In this document: positions 61,449-64,000 of the stretch, piece after piece
Numbering within the stretch: position 1 is the first letter of the stretch
Layout: each line of letters opens with the position of its first letter
Assembly (NCBI GenBank): GCA_963700635.1
Contig: CAVOYH010000001.1
Location: forward strand, 384,001 to 448,000
Direction: 5' to 3'
Source of the DNA: an uncultured Bacteroidota bacterium
GTDB taxonomy: Bacteria; Bacteroidota; Ignavibacteria; UBA10030; UBA6906
Length of the DNA: 64,000 nt
Made by a program: the position numbers and the translations under genes
Notes under the pieces: model-generated
Databases searched by the model: none
What the model saw: the letters and a program-made list of their open reading frames with translations, nothing else
Told to the model about the DNA's origin: nothing

Positions 61449-62738
61449 ATGTATCAAATCCAGAAACGTCTTGGTAAAGGTTTCTATGCACTGCTCAGTC
61501 TGCCGGCGACCGCGATGGGCTTTGCCCTTTCAATCCAGATCTCTGCGCTGAGCTGGCTCCTCACGACGCGTTACAATCTGGACATCCATGAGGTGGGGCT
61601 CGTCTGGGCCGCGGGTCCGATCGCAGGGATCGTGGGTCAGGTGATCATCGGACTCATCAGCGACCGGGTCTGGTTCTGGGGAGGGCGCCGGAGGCCCTTC
61701 ATCGTCATCGGAGGCACACTGGCGGCAGCCATGCTGTTTGCATTGCCAAACATACACGCCATCGACGGGGCGCTGGGTGTGGGAAATCTTCTCATCGTGG
61801 CGATTGCTGTTGCCCTCACTCTTGATCTTGCCATCAACGTCAGCTTTAATCCTACCCGCGCGATTATTGCCGATGTGACGCCCGAAGGCGTGGCCCGCAC
61901 CAAAGGGTACACCTGGATGCAGACGATTTCCGGATTCTTCGGCGTCCTGGCATATGTGATCGGTGCGGTCGCAGGGAATTTTGTCCTCATCTCGTTTGGT
62001 ATCGTCCTTGTCCTTCTGTTCTCGATTGTGCCGGTTCTGTTCATCACGGAACAGCGGACCCTGGGCCGGGGGCAGACGACGGAAGGCGGGGTCGCAGACC
62101 CTGCGCGGGCAACACAATGGGGGCAGCTGTTCCGCCTCTATGGAGCCCATGCGTTCTCATGGATCGGTGTGCAGACCATGTTTGTGTACATTATTGCATA
62201 TATTCAACAACATTTATCCTTGCCCGACGACACAGCGATTGCGGCCGAAGAATCCGGGCGGATCATCGCCATCGCATTTGCCGTGCTGAACACGGTCGGG
62301 TTCCTTCTCCCCGCGCCGATTCTGGAACCGCTGGCAAAACGTTTCGGGAGGGTACGTGTCCATACGGTCGCAGTCGGCATCATGTCGGCCGGCTATTTCG
62401 GGCTCGTTGTCGCCGGTTCGAGCCCTCTGATGTTATACACCCTCATGGCGGTCGTGGGGATCGGCTGGGCGTCGATTGTCTCCTTGCCGTTTGCCATTAT
62501 GTCCGAGAAAGTTGAACCGGGCCGGATGGGATTTTTTATGGGGATGTTCAACCTCTCCGTGGTCCTGCCACAGCTTTTTGTCAGTCTCGTCCTGGGTTCT
62601 GTCATTCTGCATGCGGCGGATAAATCGATTATCTTTATCATCAGTGGCACCGCTCTGGCGGCATCAACATTGATCTGGACGTTCGTTCGTGACGGGGAAC
62701 GACAGTCAACCAGGGTACAAGAGCAGAAAGGGCACTAA
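61449..62738 (+). CDS. MFS sugar transporter (maltose/sucrose SLC45-like)
   Basis: About 12 TM helices; WAAGPIAG...Q..IG..SDR, GRRRPFI and MG.FMG.FN.SVVLPQ. Confidence 0.88.
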   Translation: MYQIQKRLGKGFYALLSLPATAMGFALSIQISALSWLLTTRYNLDIHEVGLVWAAGPIAGIVGQVIIGLISDRVWFWGGRRRPFIVIGGTLAAAMLFALPNIHAIDGALGVGNLLIVAIAVALTLDLAINVSFNPTRAIIADVTPEGVARTKGYTWMQTISGFFGVLAYVIGAVAGNFVLISFGIVLVLLFSIVPVLFITEQRTLGRGQTTEGGVADPARATQWGQLFRLYGAHAFSWIGVQTMFVYIIAYIQQHLSLPDDTAIAAEESGRIIAIAFAVLNTVGFLLPAPILEPLAKRFGRVRVHTVAVGIMSAGYFGLVVAGSSPLMLYTLMAVVGIGWASIVSLPFAIMSEKVEPGRMGFFMGMFNLSVVLPQLFVSLVLGSVILHAADKSIIFIISGTALAASTLIWTFVRDGERQSTRVQEQKGH

Positions 62739-64000
62739 TGGGTATACAACGTTCCCTTCGAATACCCGCGGCACTGACCGTGGTGGTGCTACTTACGATC
62801 GTCGCCGGCGTCTGGCCCGGATGTTCCGGCCGTGATGACGGGCGGATCCGCATCCGACTCTGGCATCAGGACCGGATTGAGATACGTGTGATGCTGCAAC
62901 GCCAGATCGACAGATTTATGGAATTACATCCCGAAGTCCGGGTGGAACAACTTTTTAAGGAAACGGAAGAACTCAGGTCCGGCTTTATTATTGCCGCTCT
63001 TGCCGGCCAGGGTCCGGAGATTGTCTACGGTCCTTCCGACCAGGTGGGCCCGTTTGAGATCATGAGTATTATTCTTCCTCTTGAAGACGTGTTTGAAAAG
63101 GAGTGGCTCGACCAGTTTGATGAACGGGGCCGCACCTGGTACCGGGGCCATCTGTATCAGTTGGCGGACAAACTGGGCAATCACCTGACCCTCGTGTACA
63201 ACAAGGCCCTTGTCCCGGTTCCTCCTTCTACGGAAGAGGAATTGATTGAGATAGCGAAACGTGTCACCGTGGATCTGAACAACGACGGCAAGACGGACCG
63301 TTACGGGCTCACCTGGAATTACACCGAACCATTTTTCTTCATTCCGTTTATGACAGGGTTCGGCGGCTGGATCATGGATGCCGACGGAAACCCGACGCTG
63401 GACAACCAGGGAACCGTGAACGGGTTGAAGTTCATCACACAGCTGCGCGACGTGCACAAGGTGATACCCAATGAGGCCGACTACAATGTTGCCGATATTC
63501 TTTTCAAGGATGGGAATGCGGGGATGATCATCAACGGCGACTGGTCCTGGGCAGGGTACAGGAATGCCGGTCTGGATATAGGCGTTGCGCCGCTTCCGCG
63601 GATCACTTCCACCGGCCTGTGGTGTTCGCCGATGGTCTCGCCCAAAGGGTTTTCCATCAACGCCAACGTTTCAGACGAGAAACGGAAATGGTCGGTTGCC
63701 CTTATCCGTTACCTGATGTCGCCGGAGAACCAACTTGAGGCGACAAAGGAGCTGTTTACGATGCCGACGCACAAGGCAGTTCAATCGGGCGACTTTGTGC
63801 AGACAAACGAAATCCTCCGTAATTCAAAGATTCAGATCGAGCATGGCCGCACCATGCCGGTTGTTCCGGAACTGAGGGCGATCTGGGATGCAATGCGCCC
63901 GAGTTATCAGGCAGTTCTGGCAGGTACAAAAAGCGCCGAGCAGGCGGCACGTGACATGCAGCTCATGGCACTTCGCCGGATAAAGGAAATGAACGAATAG
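62738..64000 (+). CDS. Sugar ABC transporter substrate-binding lipoprotein (MalE/maltodextrin-binding-like)
   Basis: Lipobox WPGC; GPEI..GPSD, L.YNK.LV, F.DG.AGMIINGDW and MP.VPE..A.W; TAG ends at 64000. Confidence 0.88.
   Translation: MGIQRSLRIPAALTVVVLLTIVAGVWPGCSGRDDGRIRIRLWHQDRIEIRVMLQRQIDRFMELHPEVRVEQLFKETEELRSGFIIAALAGQGPEIVYGPSDQVGPFEIMSIILPLEDVFEKEWLDQFDERGRTWYRGHLYQLADKLGNHLTLVYNKALVPVPPSTEEELIEIAKRVTVDLNNDGKTDRYGLTWNYTEPFFFIPFMTGFGGWIMDADGNPTLDNQGTVNGLKFITQLRDVHKVIPNEADYNVADILFKDGNAGMIINGDWSWAGYRNAGLDIGVAPLPRITSTGLWCSPMVSPKGFSINANVSDEKRKWSVALIRYLMSPENQLEATKELFTMPTHKAVQSGDFVQTNEILRNSKIQIEHGRTMPVVPELRAIWDAMRPSYQAVLAGTKSAEQAARDMQLMALRRIKEMNE

Overview
Bacterial chromosomal window, most likely from the Bacteroidota-Chlorobiota-Ignavibacteria lineage. 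This is inferred from four QNYPNPFNP-type T9SS C-terminal domains, a PorV-like barrel, the split atpD-atpC pair, a pyruvoyl arginine decarboxylase, and canonical TTGA..-17-TA...T promoters with Shine-Dalgarno sites. Layout: (1) 1-5.9 kb: RND permease end, sphingomyelin-synthase-like PAP2 protein, GH31, TerC and tRNA-Thr(CGT). (2) 5.9-17.3 kb: an accessory, island-like stretch with an integrase-like relic, SGNH protein, two T9SS cargos, a class D beta-lactamase-like gene, a CHASE kinase and an unannotated 55-aa zinc-ribbon protein. (3) 17.3-27.9 kb: housekeeping genes (ypdA, atpDC, manC, rlpA, rpiB, SLT, pdaD, tyrS, smpB, DUF4139). (4) 27.9-31.7 kb: three genes built from one repeated TPR-like helical unit, one ending in a TonB C-terminal domain. 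(5) 31.7-64 kb: a large LacI-controlled alpha-glucan locus with no SusD. Its order is TBDR, a 1283-aa Ca-binding T9SS-like protein, a PorV-like barrel, a multi-CBM T9SS protein, a PPIase, two convergent SGNH-TPR paralogs, GH13, GH57, an atypical maltosyltransferase-like GH13, MFS and an ABC binding protein, with MalK and GH31 transcribed divergently. Six apparent frameshifts are all +1 and are probably assembly errors. All calls come from reading motifs by eye; no database search was run.
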